IMG/VR virus record: IMGVR_UViG_3300032322_002674
Span: 109,458-173,457 of that record
Origin: a virus
Lineage: Duplodnaviria; Heunggongvirae; Uroviricota; Caudoviricetes
Strand: one strand, 5' to 3'
Length of the DNA stretch: 64,000 nucleotides
A model generated the notes under the pieces. It was given only the letters and a program-made list of their open reading frames with translations. It ran no database searches and was not told where the DNA came from. Position 1 is the first letter of the stretch. Every line of letters begins with the position of its first letter. Position numbers and translations under genes: made by a program. Shown piece by piece: positions 18,297 through 28,589 of this stretch.

Positions 18297-19048
18297 AAAT
18301 ATTAATAGGAAACACAGGTTTAGTAGGTCAAACATTAAAAGAAAAAATAAATTTTGATTTTGAATACAATTCAAAAAATATTGACTTATATAATGTACCA
18401 GATAATTGTGATTTATATTTGTCTTGTTTACCTGCAACAAAGTGGTTGGTTAATCAAGATACCAAAAAAGATTTGGAAAATATTAATAATATCATAAATA
18501 TTATTAATAAATTTAATTACAATAAAATATTTTTAATATCAACAATTGATGTTTATAATGATTCACCTTTAAATAAAGATGAAGATTTTGAACCCATTTT
18601 TAAAAAATTTTCTTATGGTGGTAATAGATTTTTATTTGAAAAAATGGTTAAACAATATGTTAAATATAAAAATTTAAAAATTTATAGATTACCAGCACTT
18701 TTTAATAATAAAATCAAAAAAAATATTTTATTTGATTTAATCAATAATAACAATATAGAAAAAATAAATGTTAATAGTTTTTATCAATGGTTTAATTTAG
18801 ATAACTTACATAATTTTATTGAAACCACTAAATTTGAAAATAGGGAGATATATAATTTATTTACAGAACCAATAAATACTAAAGATATAGTAAATTTATT
18901 TCCTCAACATTGGGATAAAATAAGAAATTATGGTGAATATGTTATATATAATTATAAAACTAATTTAAATGATAATGGGTATATAGATACTAAGGAAAAT
19001 ATATTAAAAGAAATAAAAACTTTTATAAATGAATTTAACAGTAAGTAA
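18293..19048 (+). CDS. NAD-dependent epimerase/reductase-like (RmlD-like) protein
   Basis: N-terminal 'MKILIGNTGLVGQTL' glycine-rich Rossmann motif. Confidence 0.35.
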   Translation: MKILIGNTGLVGQTLKEKINFDFEYNSKNIDLYNVPDNCDLYLSCLPATKWLVNQDTKKDLENINNIINIINKFNYNKIFLISTIDVYNDSPLNKDEDFEPIFKKFSYGGNRFLFEKMVKQYVKYKNLKIYRLPALFNNKIKKNILFDLINNNNIEKINVNSFYQWFNLDNLHNFIETTKFENREIYNLFTEPINTKDIVNLFPQHWDKIRNYGEYVIYNYKTNLNDNGYIDTKENILKEIKTFINEFNSK

Positions 19049-19748
19049 TATAGGTTGGGATAATAATGAACTTTTCTTTAGTGAAATAAAAAAACAAGGT
19101 TTAAATTTTATTGAAACCATACCTAATAAAGTAGATTTAGAATATAGGAAATTATTGAAAAAATATGATTTAAAAACATTATCTGCACAATCAATATTTT
19201 ATGGTGTTGAATGTCTTTCTTTCTCTGATGAAAGATTTTTAAAACATTTTGATTTTTTAATTAATTTATCCAAAGAAATGGGTATAAATACTTTAGTACT
19301 TGGTTCACCCAAATTACGTCATAAAGATGATTTAAGACACTTAAATACAATCTTTAATAATTTGGATATAAAGTTAAAAGAAACTAATATAAAAGTCTGT
19401 ATTGAACCTAATGCAAAAATATATGGTGGACAATATTTCTTTACAATAAAAGAAATTGTGGATTTTATAAATCAAAATGATTTTAAGAACATAAAAACTA
19501 TGATAGATACTCATAATTCTGAATTAGAGGAATTAGATTTCATTGAAGAATATAAATCATATAAAGATTATATTAAACATATACATATTTCTAAAATTGG
19601 ACTTGAAAATATAAATAATTTTGAATATTATATTGATTTTTTTAAATTATTAAAAAAATATGAATATAAAGATTTAATAACTTTAGAAGTTTTGAATTTG
19701 AATAATGAAACTATAAAAGAATTCAAAAAATTAGATATTTATTATTAA
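19029..19748 (+). CDS. TIM-barrel sugar-phosphate isomerase/epimerase-like protein (weak)
   Basis: Size and position in the cluster, 'IEPNAKIYGG', 'DTHN'. Weak call. Confidence 0.25.
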   Translation: MNLTVSNIGWDNNELFFSEIKKQGLNFIETIPNKVDLEYRKLLKKYDLKTLSAQSIFYGVECLSFSDERFLKHFDFLINLSKEMGINTLVLGSPKLRHKDDLRHLNTIFNNLDIKLKETNIKVCIEPNAKIYGGQYFFTIKEIVDFINQNDFKNIKTMIDTHNSELEELDFIEEYKSYKDYIKHIHISKIGLENINNFEYYIDFFKLLKKYEYKDLITLEVLNLNNETIKEFKKLDIYY

Positions 19749-19757
19749 CTATACTAT

Positions 19758-20504
19758 ATGGGAAGAAGAAAACAGAAATTTGATTTGCAGGATGAAATCT
19801 ATGATATTACACCTGTAAATTTTTTTACCGAACCTGGTAATGTTGATAAAATCAAGATAAATTTTAAACCTAAAACTCAAAAACAAAAGGAATTAATCAA
19901 TACAATAAATGAAAAGGATATTGTAATTGTTAACGGAAGTCCTGGAGTTGGTAAAACTTTAACAACAATGTACGCTGCTCTTGAATTGTTACGTACTGGA
20001 AAGGTTAATCAAATATTAATTACAAAATCAGTACAAACCCTTGATAATGAATCACTTGGGCACCTCAAAGGTGAATTGGACTCAAAGCTCGAACCAATAC
20101 TTTTTTCATTTATACATAATATTAATAAATTAATAGGTAGAGAAAATTATAACAAATTAAAAAATTTTAATATGTTAAAGGAATTTCCTTTAGGGTATTT
20201 AAGAGGAACAAGTTGGGATAATACTATTATAATTACTGACGAAATTCAAAACGTAAGTATAGAAAATGTGCGCACAATATTAACTAGGATAGGTGATGGT
20301 AGTAAAGTAATATTATTAGGAGATTCTAATCAAGTAGATAATAAAAAATTGAAAAAAAACACATTAGAAACTCTGATTAAATATTTTAAACCAGAAGAAA
20401 GTGTTGGTGTTATTGAGTTTGATACAAATGAAATTGTTAGAAACCCTATTATCAAAAGAGTAGAAACTATTTTTAAATTAATAGAAGAAAATGCAAATAT
20501 TTAA
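19758..20504 (+). CDS. phoH: PhoH-like ATPase
   Basis: 'IVIVNGSPGVGKTLTTMYAALE', 'GELDSKLEPI', 'LGYLRGTSWDNTIIITDEIQN', 'ILTRIGDGSKVILLGDSNQVD'. Confidence 0.8.
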   Translation: MGRRKQKFDLQDEIYDITPVNFFTEPGNVDKIKINFKPKTQKQKELINTINEKDIVIVNGSPGVGKTLTTMYAALELLRTGKVNQILITKSVQTLDNESLGHLKGELDSKLEPILFSFIHNINKLIGRENYNKLKNFNMLKEFPLGYLRGTSWDNTIIITDEIQNVSIENVRTILTRIGDGSKVILLGDSNQVDNKKLKKNTLETLIKYFKPEESVGVIEFDTNEIVRNPIIKRVETIFKLIEENANI

Positions 20505-20512
20505 TGAAAAAT

Positions 20513-20875
20513 CTAATTAAATAAAGAACTTTCGATTTTTAATTTTAATAAATCAGTACCCAAAAATTTAAGAAATTCTTCATATCTTTTTATAAAGAAT
20601 AATATTTCTTCACCAGTCATTTTTTCAGGTTTCCCATCAAAATCAAAATCCAATTCCTCATAATCAAAATCTATTGATGTTTCTTTTATATTATAAAATT
20701 TAACATGAATTTTTTCATTAGTTTCAACCTTTAATACAACCCCAAAATAACCATCCTCAACTTTTGAATTAAGTGGTTTATCTTTCCAAGACCACATTGT
20801 TGGGTTGCAAATAAAATCACCAACCTTATAAAGTTCTTCTTGTTTTAATTCTTCTACTGTAAAAAATGTTTTCAT
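20513..20875 (-). CDS. hypothetical protein
   Basis: 120-aa ORF. Confidence 0.35.
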   Translation of the reverse strand: MKTFFTVEELKQEELYKVGDFICNPTMWSWKDKPLNSKVEDGYFGVVLKVETNEKIHVKFYNIKETSIDFDYEELDFDFDGKPEKMTGEEILFFIKRYEEFLKFLGTDLLKLKIESSLFN

Positions 20876-20877
20876 AA

Positions 20878-22455
20878 TTATCCTTCATCTTCTTCTTCTA
20901 AAAAGTTCACTTCCCTTCTTTCATCTCTTCGTTCAGTTAACAAATTATATATATTTTTAACTTTTAAATCAGATTTTTTAGGTTTTCCTTTTGATTTGGG
21001 TATGTTTTTATTTTCTAAAACTTTTGAATATAATAATAAATCTTTAAAATTATTAATATTATTATATTTTTCTTTGTTAGAATAAAAATCCTCATATTCC
21101 CCCATTACTTTATTATCTTTACCCAAATGTTTTTTTACGAACCATTCATTACCTATTTTTACACAATCTTTTTTTATAAAGAATTTGTCACCTATCATAA
21201 CACAATCATCTTTAAATAAAAAGTCAATGATTGGTTGTTCACCATAATAAATGAATGCAGAAACTACATCATCTTTAAAAACATAGGTATTATAGGTTTT
21301 TGAATAAAAAACTTGAGATTTATCATAAACATTACCATTAATTATTACTGAATTTTCTTTTGGGATATATGAGTTTATATATTCACTATAAATTGAATTT
21401 TCTTTTATTATAGTTGTTTTATAAAAATCTGACCAAATACCTTTATAAGTAGGAATCCACTTATAAAAAGAAGAATATACCATAGTATCAGGTGCGCCAT
21501 AACAATCATAAAAATCTGACCTAATTGCATCTTTTGAATTACAAAAATTACCATCAAAGGTCTTAACTGCCTTTTCAGAATTAATATATTCTTTTGTCCA
21601 AGAACAAAAAACCCCTTGAAGAACATAACCTTTTGTTGACTGAAAAAATCTTACAATTTTTTTGGTTGTTTGGTTTGATAATTTATCATAACCTTCATTC
21701 AAGAATTTAAAAGTATCAAAATATGGATACCTTTCATAACCATCCCATTTAATAGGTAATAATAATTCTTTATCTAAAATATTACCTTCTTTGTTGATAA
21801 ATCTATGTTCTTTATGGTTTTGTTCCATTTTAACATATAAATTATTATCAAATGCCCAATTCTTAAAAATTTGTACTTGATTATCTTTAATGGTATAAAT
21901 TCTATCCATTAAATTATATTTATTACCCATTAAATCAGTTACACCATGCCAAACCAATGCTCTTGCTTCAACAAGTCCATCTATTGAAAGTGTTAACATT
22001 TTAACATTTTCAGGATTATTTACATAAATTTTGAAAAACTTTTGTTTTTCTTCTTGACGCATACAAGATTTCCACAAAGTTCCAACTTTACCATATTCTA
22101 AAGAGTAATTATATTCTAAATAATAATAAGGTATATTATTTCCCTCAACCAACTCTAAAACCTCACCAACCTTTCTTTTTGATGAACAAATATTTGAGAA
22201 TATTTCTATATCTTTATCAAGATATTTTTTATTAAAAAACTTCATAACAAATCTACCTGGTTTTATAACTTCGGTTTTTTTACCTTCTTTTAAAAGGTAA
22301 TGAATAGTTCCATCAATCAACCTAACATCATAAAATTCAGAATTAAAAAAGTCCTTTTTGTTCATAGTTATTACATGATATAAATCTGAACAAATAATTG
22401 AGGTTGTACGGTTATTTTTTAAGGTGTTTTTTAAAGTGTCATTTATGTAAAACAT
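20878..22455 (-). CDS. large hypothetical protein, paralog A ('TLWKSCM' family)
   Basis: Shares 'GTLWKSCM', 'ARAL', 'MDRIY', 'PYFDTFKFL' and a C-terminal 'DC.KI..WF.KK' repeat with the 24329 protein. Confidence 0.5.
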   Translation of the reverse strand: MFYINDTLKNTLKNNRTTSIICSDLYHVITMNKKDFFNSEFYDVRLIDGTIHYLLKEGKKTEVIKPGRFVMKFFNKKYLDKDIEIFSNICSSKRKVGEVLELVEGNNIPYYYLEYNYSLEYGKVGTLWKSCMRQEEKQKFFKIYVNNPENVKMLTLSIDGLVEARALVWHGVTDLMGNKYNLMDRIYTIKDNQVQIFKNWAFDNNLYVKMEQNHKEHRFINKEGNILDKELLLPIKWDGYERYPYFDTFKFLNEGYDKLSNQTTKKIVRFFQSTKGYVLQGVFCSWTKEYINSEKAVKTFDGNFCNSKDAIRSDFYDCYGAPDTMVYSSFYKWIPTYKGIWSDFYKTTIIKENSIYSEYINSYIPKENSVIINGNVYDKSQVFYSKTYNTYVFKDDVVSAFIYYGEQPIIDFLFKDDCVMIGDKFFIKKDCVKIGNEWFVKKHLGKDNKVMGEYEDFYSNKEKYNNINNFKDLLLYSKVLENKNIPKSKGKPKKSDLKVKNIYNLLTERRDERREVNFLEEEDEG

Positions 22456-22537
22456 GTAAAAGTTTTTTAGAAACTTAAATAAAAAAAATTAAAAAATCAA
22501 ATTTATTTTTTTACTATATATTTATTAACAAAAAAAT

Positions 22538-22945
22538 ATGTTTGTACCAAACCACCTACACATTTTGGTTAAAGGGTTTATTAATAACCCACCAATGAAA
22601 GAAGAAGAATTAAATAAATGGTTTATTGAATTAGTTGAAAAAGTAAGAATGAAAGTTGTTGCAGGACCCACTTCTGTATATGTTGAGGAAGAAGGTAATG
22701 AAGGTTTAACTGGAACTATTTTAGGTTCAGTTACACTTGCAACTAGTCATGCTGGAATTCAAATTTCAATGCATGTGTGGGATTCTACAACACCACCAAT
22801 GTTTCAATTTGACCTTTATTCTTGTTCTTGTTTTACTCCAGAAGAAGTTATTGAACATCTTAACAAATTTGATTTAGTATCTTATGAATGGATGTTAATA
22901 GATAGAAATAAAGATATAAAAGTTATAGAATCAGGTAACAAATGA
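22538..22945 (+). CDS. speD: S-adenosylmethionine decarboxylase (SpeD, class 1)-like protein
   Basis: 'GTILGSVTLATSHAGIQISMHVWDS....FDLYSCSCFTPEEV' parallels the SpeD core 'GVVIISESHLTIHSFPE...IDVYTCGDLDP'. Thr replaces the Glu before the pyruvoyl-precursor Ser. Confidence 0.4.
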   Translation: MFVPNHLHILVKGFINNPPMKEEELNKWFIELVEKVRMKVVAGPTSVYVEEEGNEGLTGTILGSVTLATSHAGIQISMHVWDSTTPPMFQFDLYSCSCFTPEEVIEHLNKFDLVSYEWMLIDRNKDIKVIESGNK

Positions 22946-23265
22946 AAATAAAAGATTTATTACATTTTTCATGGTTAATTATGGATATTTTTTGGTTATT
23001 AGGTATTAAATTAGTTGGTACTTTTATGGTAATACCTACAATTATTTTAACTATTTTAGTTTTAAAAGAATCAAAATTAATTTCAATAGAAACAATATTT
23101 GCAAATTGGACTGTAATGAATATACTATGGATGTTTTCCGATTTTTATGGTATAAACAATTTTTATTCAAAAATATTCTTAATATCTGGTTTTATTATAT
23201 TTATATTTTATTTGGTGAAAGAATATTTATATATAAATGGCATCACCAAGAAAGAAAAATATTAA
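22942..23265 (+). CDS. small integral membrane protein
   Basis: Three hydrophobic segments. Confidence 0.4.
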   Translation: MKIKDLLHFSWLIMDIFWLLGIKLVGTFMVIPTIILTILVLKESKLISIETIFANWTVMNILWMFSDFYGINNFYSKIFLISGFIIFIFYLVKEYLYINGITKKEKY

Positions 23266-24259
23266 TATACAACCTGAAATTGCATACAAAGATTTAAGGT
23301 TTAAATATTGGAATGGAGTTACAAGGAATAATGGTTTCTTACCCCAATCAGTATTACATGAAGATATAGATAGGGAAGTAATTAATTATTTTAATGAATT
23401 ACCACTTACTGTTGGTGATGAAAAAATACCTGTAATATTTTTAACCATACAAAGATGGGGTGAATTCACTAAAACCTGGCAATTTACTGATGAGTTTGAA
23501 AATATAAAAATACCATTTTTATCAATTGTAAGACAACCAAATGTTGAATTAATGGAAAATGATTTCACAATTCCTGATAGAAAGACTTTTCCTTTTATCA
23601 AATTACCTATATGGGATGGTAATAGAAAGGGTGTGGATATTTACAAAATTCCACAACCACCAAGAATAATAATGAAATATCAAATTTCTTTTTTCTCAAC
23701 AAAAATGAGAGAAATAAATATGATAAATAGAATAATGGCACAACAATTTACATCAAGACAAAGTTATATTTTGGTAAATGGTCATTACTTTCCCCTTCTT
23801 TGGAATGGAACAAGTGATGAAAGTCAAATTGATAATGAAAATAAAAGATTTTATCATATTACTTTTGATATAGATTGTGAGTGTTATTTAATGGATACAT
23901 CTGAATTTAGTCGTGTTGAATTAGTTCCAACAATCAATCGTTCTTTTTTAACTACTGAATTAACAAATTCGTTAATAAGACGTCCAGTATTTGATAAAAA
24001 TGGTAATGAAACTACACTTTATTTTTATTTTGAAGTACCCCTAACATCAACTTTTACTTTTTTAGATTCTAATTATAAATTTTCAGAAGTTACATTAGAA
24101 AATATATCATCTTATCAATTTAAAATTAATAATAGTAACGTTTCTTTACCCTTTGATGGATTTTTAGATTCTCAATTATCAATTGCGATTGTTAAAACCA
24201 ACTCATCTTTACCAGCGAAAATAATTCTTCAAGGTATTGATTTAGGTTCAATTACTTAA
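23237..24259 (+). CDS. hypothetical protein
   Basis: 340-aa ORF between the two TLWKSCM paralogs. Confidence 0.4.
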   Translation: MASPRKKNINIQPEIAYKDLRFKYWNGVTRNNGFLPQSVLHEDIDREVINYFNELPLTVGDEKIPVIFLTIQRWGEFTKTWQFTDEFENIKIPFLSIVRQPNVELMENDFTIPDRKTFPFIKLPIWDGNRKGVDIYKIPQPPRIIMKYQISFFSTKMREINMINRIMAQQFTSRQSYILVNGHYFPLLWNGTSDESQIDNENKRFYHITFDIDCECYLMDTSEFSRVELVPTINRSFLTTELTNSLIRRPVFDKNGNETTLYFYFEVPLTSTFTFLDSNYKFSEVTLENISSYQFKINNSNVSLPFDGFLDSQLSIAIVKTNSSLPAKIILQGIDLGSIT

Positions 24260-24328
24260 TGCAAAATAAATCAATTAATTTGATTTTTATGTTTTTTTTA
24301 CTTAGATTTCTAAAAATCAAATTTTATT

Positions 24329-25930
24329 ATGGAAAAAAACACTATTATCATTTCCAAAACAGAAGTTATTGAAAGATTTCAATCTATGAAATCAAAGATT
24401 GGTAAGATATTATATAATATTTTAACAAGTAAAGATAAAAATTCATTACAATTTTTAAATGAAAATTATCCTAATTTCATTTCCTTAAAAAAAGAAGATA
24501 ATACAATATCCTACATAACAAACAAAAAATCAGAAGAATTTTTGGTATTAACAAAAAGAGATAATCAACCAATCGAGGAATGGTATAAATTATGTTGGAT
24601 TAAATCAAGACAACATTGCAAAATTTCAAGATTTATTTCACTTTTAATTAAAAATTTAAATGAATTTGATATTAAAGAAAAGGATATACAAGACTTTGTA
24701 CAAGAATGGGGAAAATTTTTGGAAGATGACAAAGAATTTTTAATTGTTAAAGGAAAAGACATAAAATTTTGGTATAATAATGTTAATTATGCTAATCCTG
24801 AAAATGTTGATTATGGTGGTAGTACTCTTTGGAAATCTTGTATGGCACATTCTTCAAAGAACAATTACATGGAACTTTATTCCGTAAATCCACAATTTTC
24901 ACTTTTAATTTTAAAAGATTCAAAAAATAAAATTTGGGGTAGAGCATTACTCATAGAAAGTGAAAATTTAAAAGTAATGGATAGGGTATATTTCATTAAT
25001 GAATATATCTTAGAAAGATTCCGTGATTGGGCAAGAAAAAATGGTTTTATCCAAAAAAATGAACAACGACATGATTCTTTCCAAAATTTTTTGGTTGAAG
25101 AAAATGGAAAAGAAATAGTAAAAAAATTAGAGTTACATTTTTCAATTAATGAGTTACCAAAAAATAAATTTTATCCTTATGTAGATACATTTTTTTATCT
25201 TTATAATGAAAAATTAATATTAAGTAATTATAAATCAACAGAATTAGGTAAAAGGTACTTAGAACTTAGAAATGCAGGTGGTACACCTTCTAGCGAGCAA
25301 GGTTATTGTGAACATAATCAAAAATGGTTCAATTATAGTGATTTAAAAAAATGTTTTATAACAAATAACTTTTATCATTATTCTTTTATTGTTAATTATT
25401 TAATTAATGGTGAAGAAAAAACAATATACAAGGATTTGATTGTACCTTCAAAACATTTAAAAAGAAATTTATTGAAAACAGAAGCAATAAAAGTTCTATT
25501 CGATAATGACTGGGTAACAGAGGGGGATGTTGTTTTCTCTAAATTCCATAACGGACATATCTTAAAAAATAAATCAATTCCTAATCCTGATGATAAAAAT
25601 GATTTTGTTCATTCCGACAAAATGGTTTATTCAATTAGATATAAAAAACATATCTTAATGACTGATAATGTGGTTAAAACTATCAACGGAGTTTGGATGT
25701 ATGATAAAGATTGTGAAAAAATTAATGGTTATTGGATGGATAAAAAAGAAATTGTTGAAATTCTTGATAAGGAAAGTGGACAAGTTGTAAAAGTTTCTAA
25801 AAAACACTTAAATGAAGAAGGTAGTTTAAATGATTATTATAGAAGTATATATATTCAAGGTGAGGTTATAAATAAATTTAGAAATGCATTTCATACTTAT
25901 ACTGATATAAAAGATTTATATTATAAGTAA
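24329..25930 (+). CDS. large hypothetical protein, paralog B ('TLWKSCM' family)
   Basis: 'GGSTLWKSCM', 'GRALL', 'MDRVYF', 'PYVDTFFYL', C-terminal 'NGVWMYDKDCEKINGYWMDKK'. Confidence 0.5.
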   Translation: MEKNTIIISKTEVIERFQSMKSKIGKILYNILTSKDKNSLQFLNENYPNFISLKKEDNTISYITNKKSEEFLVLTKRDNQPIEEWYKLCWIKSRQHCKISRFISLLIKNLNEFDIKEKDIQDFVQEWGKFLEDDKEFLIVKGKDIKFWYNNVNYANPENVDYGGSTLWKSCMAHSSKNNYMELYSVNPQFSLLILKDSKNKIWGRALLIESENLKVMDRVYFINEYILERFRDWARKNGFIQKNEQRHDSFQNFLVEENGKEIVKKLELHFSINELPKNKFYPYVDTFFYLYNEKLILSNYKSTELGKRYLELRNAGGTPSSEQGYCEHNQKWFNYSDLKKCFITNNFYHYSFIVNYLINGEEKTIYKDLIVPSKHLKRNLLKTEAIKVLFDNDWVTEGDVVFSKFHNGHILKNKSIPNPDDKNDFVHSDKMVYSIRYKKHILMTDNVVKTINGVWMYDKDCEKINGYWMDKKEIVEILDKESGQVVKVSKKHLNEEGSLNDYYRSIYIQGEVINKFRNAFHTYTDIKDLYYK

Positions 25931-25940
25931 CCAAAATCCT

Positions 25941-26477
25941 TTAATTATATATTCTTATTTCAATAAAAATTGGAAAACCAAAAGGAACACCACTATTATT
26001 GTCTTTATCTCTTGAGAAATATCTAATTTCAGAATTTGATTGCCTACGACCATAAAAACTATATATACTAGAACCACTACCTATATAACTTGCTGATTGT
26101 ATCCATGTCTTATTACTTAAAAATGGTGCAGATGACATATTTAAACTATAATAAGTGGAATTATCTACCCATTGAATATCATTAATCCCATCACCAGACC
26201 CATCACCAATGGTGTTATCCATAACAATTAAATTTATTACGCCACCTGAATTAAATGTTACTTGTGCAGTGTAAACTTTATAATTTTTTAAAGGTAAAAT
26301 ATAATGATTACCATCATTTCTATTAAAAATAGCAGTGTCTCCTGAAAGTGTTGCTCCAGTTGTACTACCTAAATAATCCGTTTGATAGGCAATACCATTT
26401 GAATCTGCAATAACAGTTTTATGGTTTTGTATAACCCCACTTTTATTACTTAATTCTGTTATTTTTTTTCCTGCCAT
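25941..26477 (-). CDS. hypothetical protein (Gly/Ser/Thr-rich, possible virion protein)
   Basis: 'TIGDGSGDGINDIQW' and a beta-rich composition. Confidence 0.35.
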   Translation of the reverse strand: MAGKKITELSNKSGVIQNHKTVIADSNGIAYQTDYLGSTTGATLSGDTAIFNRNDGNHYILPLKNYKVYTAQVTFNSGGVINLIVMDNTIGDGSGDGINDIQWVDNSTYYSLNMSSAPFLSNKTWIQSASYIGSGSSIYSFYGRRQSNSEIRYFSRDKDNNSGVPFGFPIFIEIRIYN

Positions 26478-26664
26478 TTATTTTATTTATAAATATAACA
26501 AACAATTATTTTGTCCATCATTTATACAATTACCCAAACCATCCAATATTGTTTTTTCTTTTTTTTCTTTGTATTTAACAAAATTAGAATTTGGTTTTTT
26601 TAATTGTGTTTTACACCAATCCTTTTTTCTGCCTGATACAGATGGACATTTTATTCTTTCCATT

Positions 26665-27333
26665 TTAAATTATTTTTTTTGACTCAGGAATAAAAGATTT
26701 TTCAATTTCCTTTTCATTATAATCTTCTATTTCTTCTGGTGTTAACTGAAAAACTTCTTCTTCTTTTTTTTCTTCTTTAGGAAAATCATTACTTACAGTT
26801 TCAACAGGTTTAACTTTATCTAGTTTATCCCCCCAAAAATCCTTCAAAGTAATGTTATATGGATAAGTATTTAAAGAAACTAATTCTAATTTTTCTTCTG
26901 GTGTTGGATTCATTTCTTTAATTTCTGTTTCAAGTGAATTAATTTTATTAACCAAAACATCCATTTGTGAAATTTTATCTTGTAAATTAGATAATACTTG
27001 ATTTAAACCTGACATTTGTTGATTAAAAGAATCAACTTTTTGCGTTACTTCTTGTTGTCCTTTCACCAAATCAGTTACATCAACTTCTTTTGTATCACCC
27101 ATTTGACCATCAGGTTGAGAACCATCAAAAGATACTTCTTGACCTTGTATTTGTGGTTCAGGTTGTTGTTCCATAGGTTGTTCTTGAGGAACTTGATTTT
27201 GTCCAAAAGGATTTTGTTCTTGATTTGGTTGCATATTTTGGTCAAATGGAGTATCTTCTGTAATTATATATTTATAATTCAAAATTTGTTTTTGTCTTTC
27301 AACCATTTCTTTAATAGTTCTAGGTTTTCTCAT
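26665..27333 (-). CDS. Gln/Pro/Glu-rich coiled-coil protein (scaffold-like)
   Basis: Low-complexity 'QNPFGQNQVPQEQPMEQQPEPQIQGQE' followed by heptad-like segments. Confidence 0.4.
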   Translation of the reverse strand: MRKPRTIKEMVERQKQILNYKYIITEDTPFDQNMQPNQEQNPFGQNQVPQEQPMEQQPEPQIQGQEVSFDGSQPDGQMGDTKEVDVTDLVKGQQEVTQKVDSFNQQMSGLNQVLSNLQDKISQMDVLVNKINSLETEIKEMNPTPEEKLELVSLNTYPYNITLKDFWGDKLDKVKPVETVSNDFPKEEKKEEEVFQLTPEEIEDYNEKEIEKSFIPESKKII

Positions 27334-27587
27334 ATTTTTTTATTTTAGTTTGATTCGTTTATTACTTCACGTAAAAGTTGTCTCCCATCCTGCATAACCA
27401 ATTTTTTGTTCATTTTTTCTACAATATCAGATTTTTCAGGAATTAAACATTCTTCACCCTCACATTTACTTTCTTGTTTGTCTAAGAATTTTTTTAATAA
27501 TTCTTCTTTTTTCTTATTATCTTCCATAATTTTTATTTAATAAATATCAGTTAAAATAATTTTGCAATATTTATAATAAAAAAATAT

Positions 27588-27980
27588 ATGAGTAACTATT
27601 TTGATGAAACTAAACATCTTCTTGAGATGTCAAGAAATATGAGAAAAAAAAGAATAAACGAAAAAGAAGAAGAAATCCTTTTTTTATCAGATTCAGAAAA
27701 AAAACAAGAAGAAGATAAATTTAAAAGTGCAGTAAACTCCCAAATAAAATTTGCAGATTTTAAGATATATAAATCAGGTAATGTTGAATTTAGAGGTAAG
27801 TTGATGACAGAAGGTATTGATTGGACATTTTCTTTGGATGATACAGAGGGGTGTTATATATTTTCTTCTACCTTTTTACAATTAAGAGACGAAACCCTTG
27901 ACATCTTAAATAAATTAAAAGGTTATTATATGGTTTGGAGAAAAGAATGGGTGAATAAGGTTAATGAATTTATTAATTAA
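27588..27980 (+). CDS. hypothetical protein
   Basis: 130-aa ORF. Confidence 0.35.
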   Translation: MSNYFDETKHLLEMSRNMRKKRINEKEEEILFLSDSEKKQEEDKFKSAVNSQIKFADFKIYKSGNVEFRGKLMTEGIDWTFSLDDTEGCYIFSSTFLQLRDETLDILNKLKGYYMVWRKEWVNKVNEFIN

Positions 27981-28037
27981 TGCAAAAAAATAAAAAAACT
28001 TTAAAAAAATAAAATTGTATATAAATTTAAAATAAAA

Positions 28038-28589
28038 ATGTTTAAAATAAAATTTAAGGATTTATTTAAAGAAAATAAAGAATATGTTTATCCTCGTTCT
28101 TTAAACGAGGCATTAAGAATGAATTCTTTTTCTATAAAAAAAGAAAATGATGTAAATGCAGAAACATTTTATTTTTCTTTAAAAAAAGGTATTAACGAAA
28201 ATAAAGAAATTTTTACTTTAAAAGGTGGTATCATTGTTTTTTCTACTGATGTTAATACAAAACAAGAATCGAAATATAAAATCGTTAATAAAGTTACAAA
28301 TTATATTAATACCATTTACAATAAAATATTAATTACAAGAAAAATGGATAAAGTAATTAATTATTTTGAAGATGTTTATGGTATTACCATAGGTGCATTT
28401 GCAAGAGGTAGATATAAATCAAAAAAAGGTAGTATGTTTAATGAAACATCTATATCTATTGAAATTATTGGAATATCTACTGAAATTTTAGACAAAGTTG
28501 CACTTGAATTATGTAAAGAATTCAATCAGGAATCGGTTTTGGTAAAAAACCATGAAACAACAGAAATATATTTAATTTATGCAAACTAA
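28038..28589 (+). CDS. hypothetical protein
   Basis: 183-aa ORF. Confidence 0.4.
   Translation: MFKIKFKDLFKENKEYVYPRSLNEALRMNSFSIKKENDVNAETFYFSLKKGINENKEIFTLKGGIIVFSTDVNTKQESKYKIVNKVTNYINTIYNKILITRKMDKVINYFEDVYGITIGAFARGRYKSKKGSMFNETSISIEIIGISTEILDKVALELCKEFNQESVLVKNHETTEIYLIYAN

Noticed and set aside
27016-27348. 110-aa plus-strand ORF opposite the Gln/Pro-rich gene 26665-27333.
   Set aside because: It is the mirror image of a low-complexity coding region and its composition is implausible (Leu/Phe/Ile-rich).
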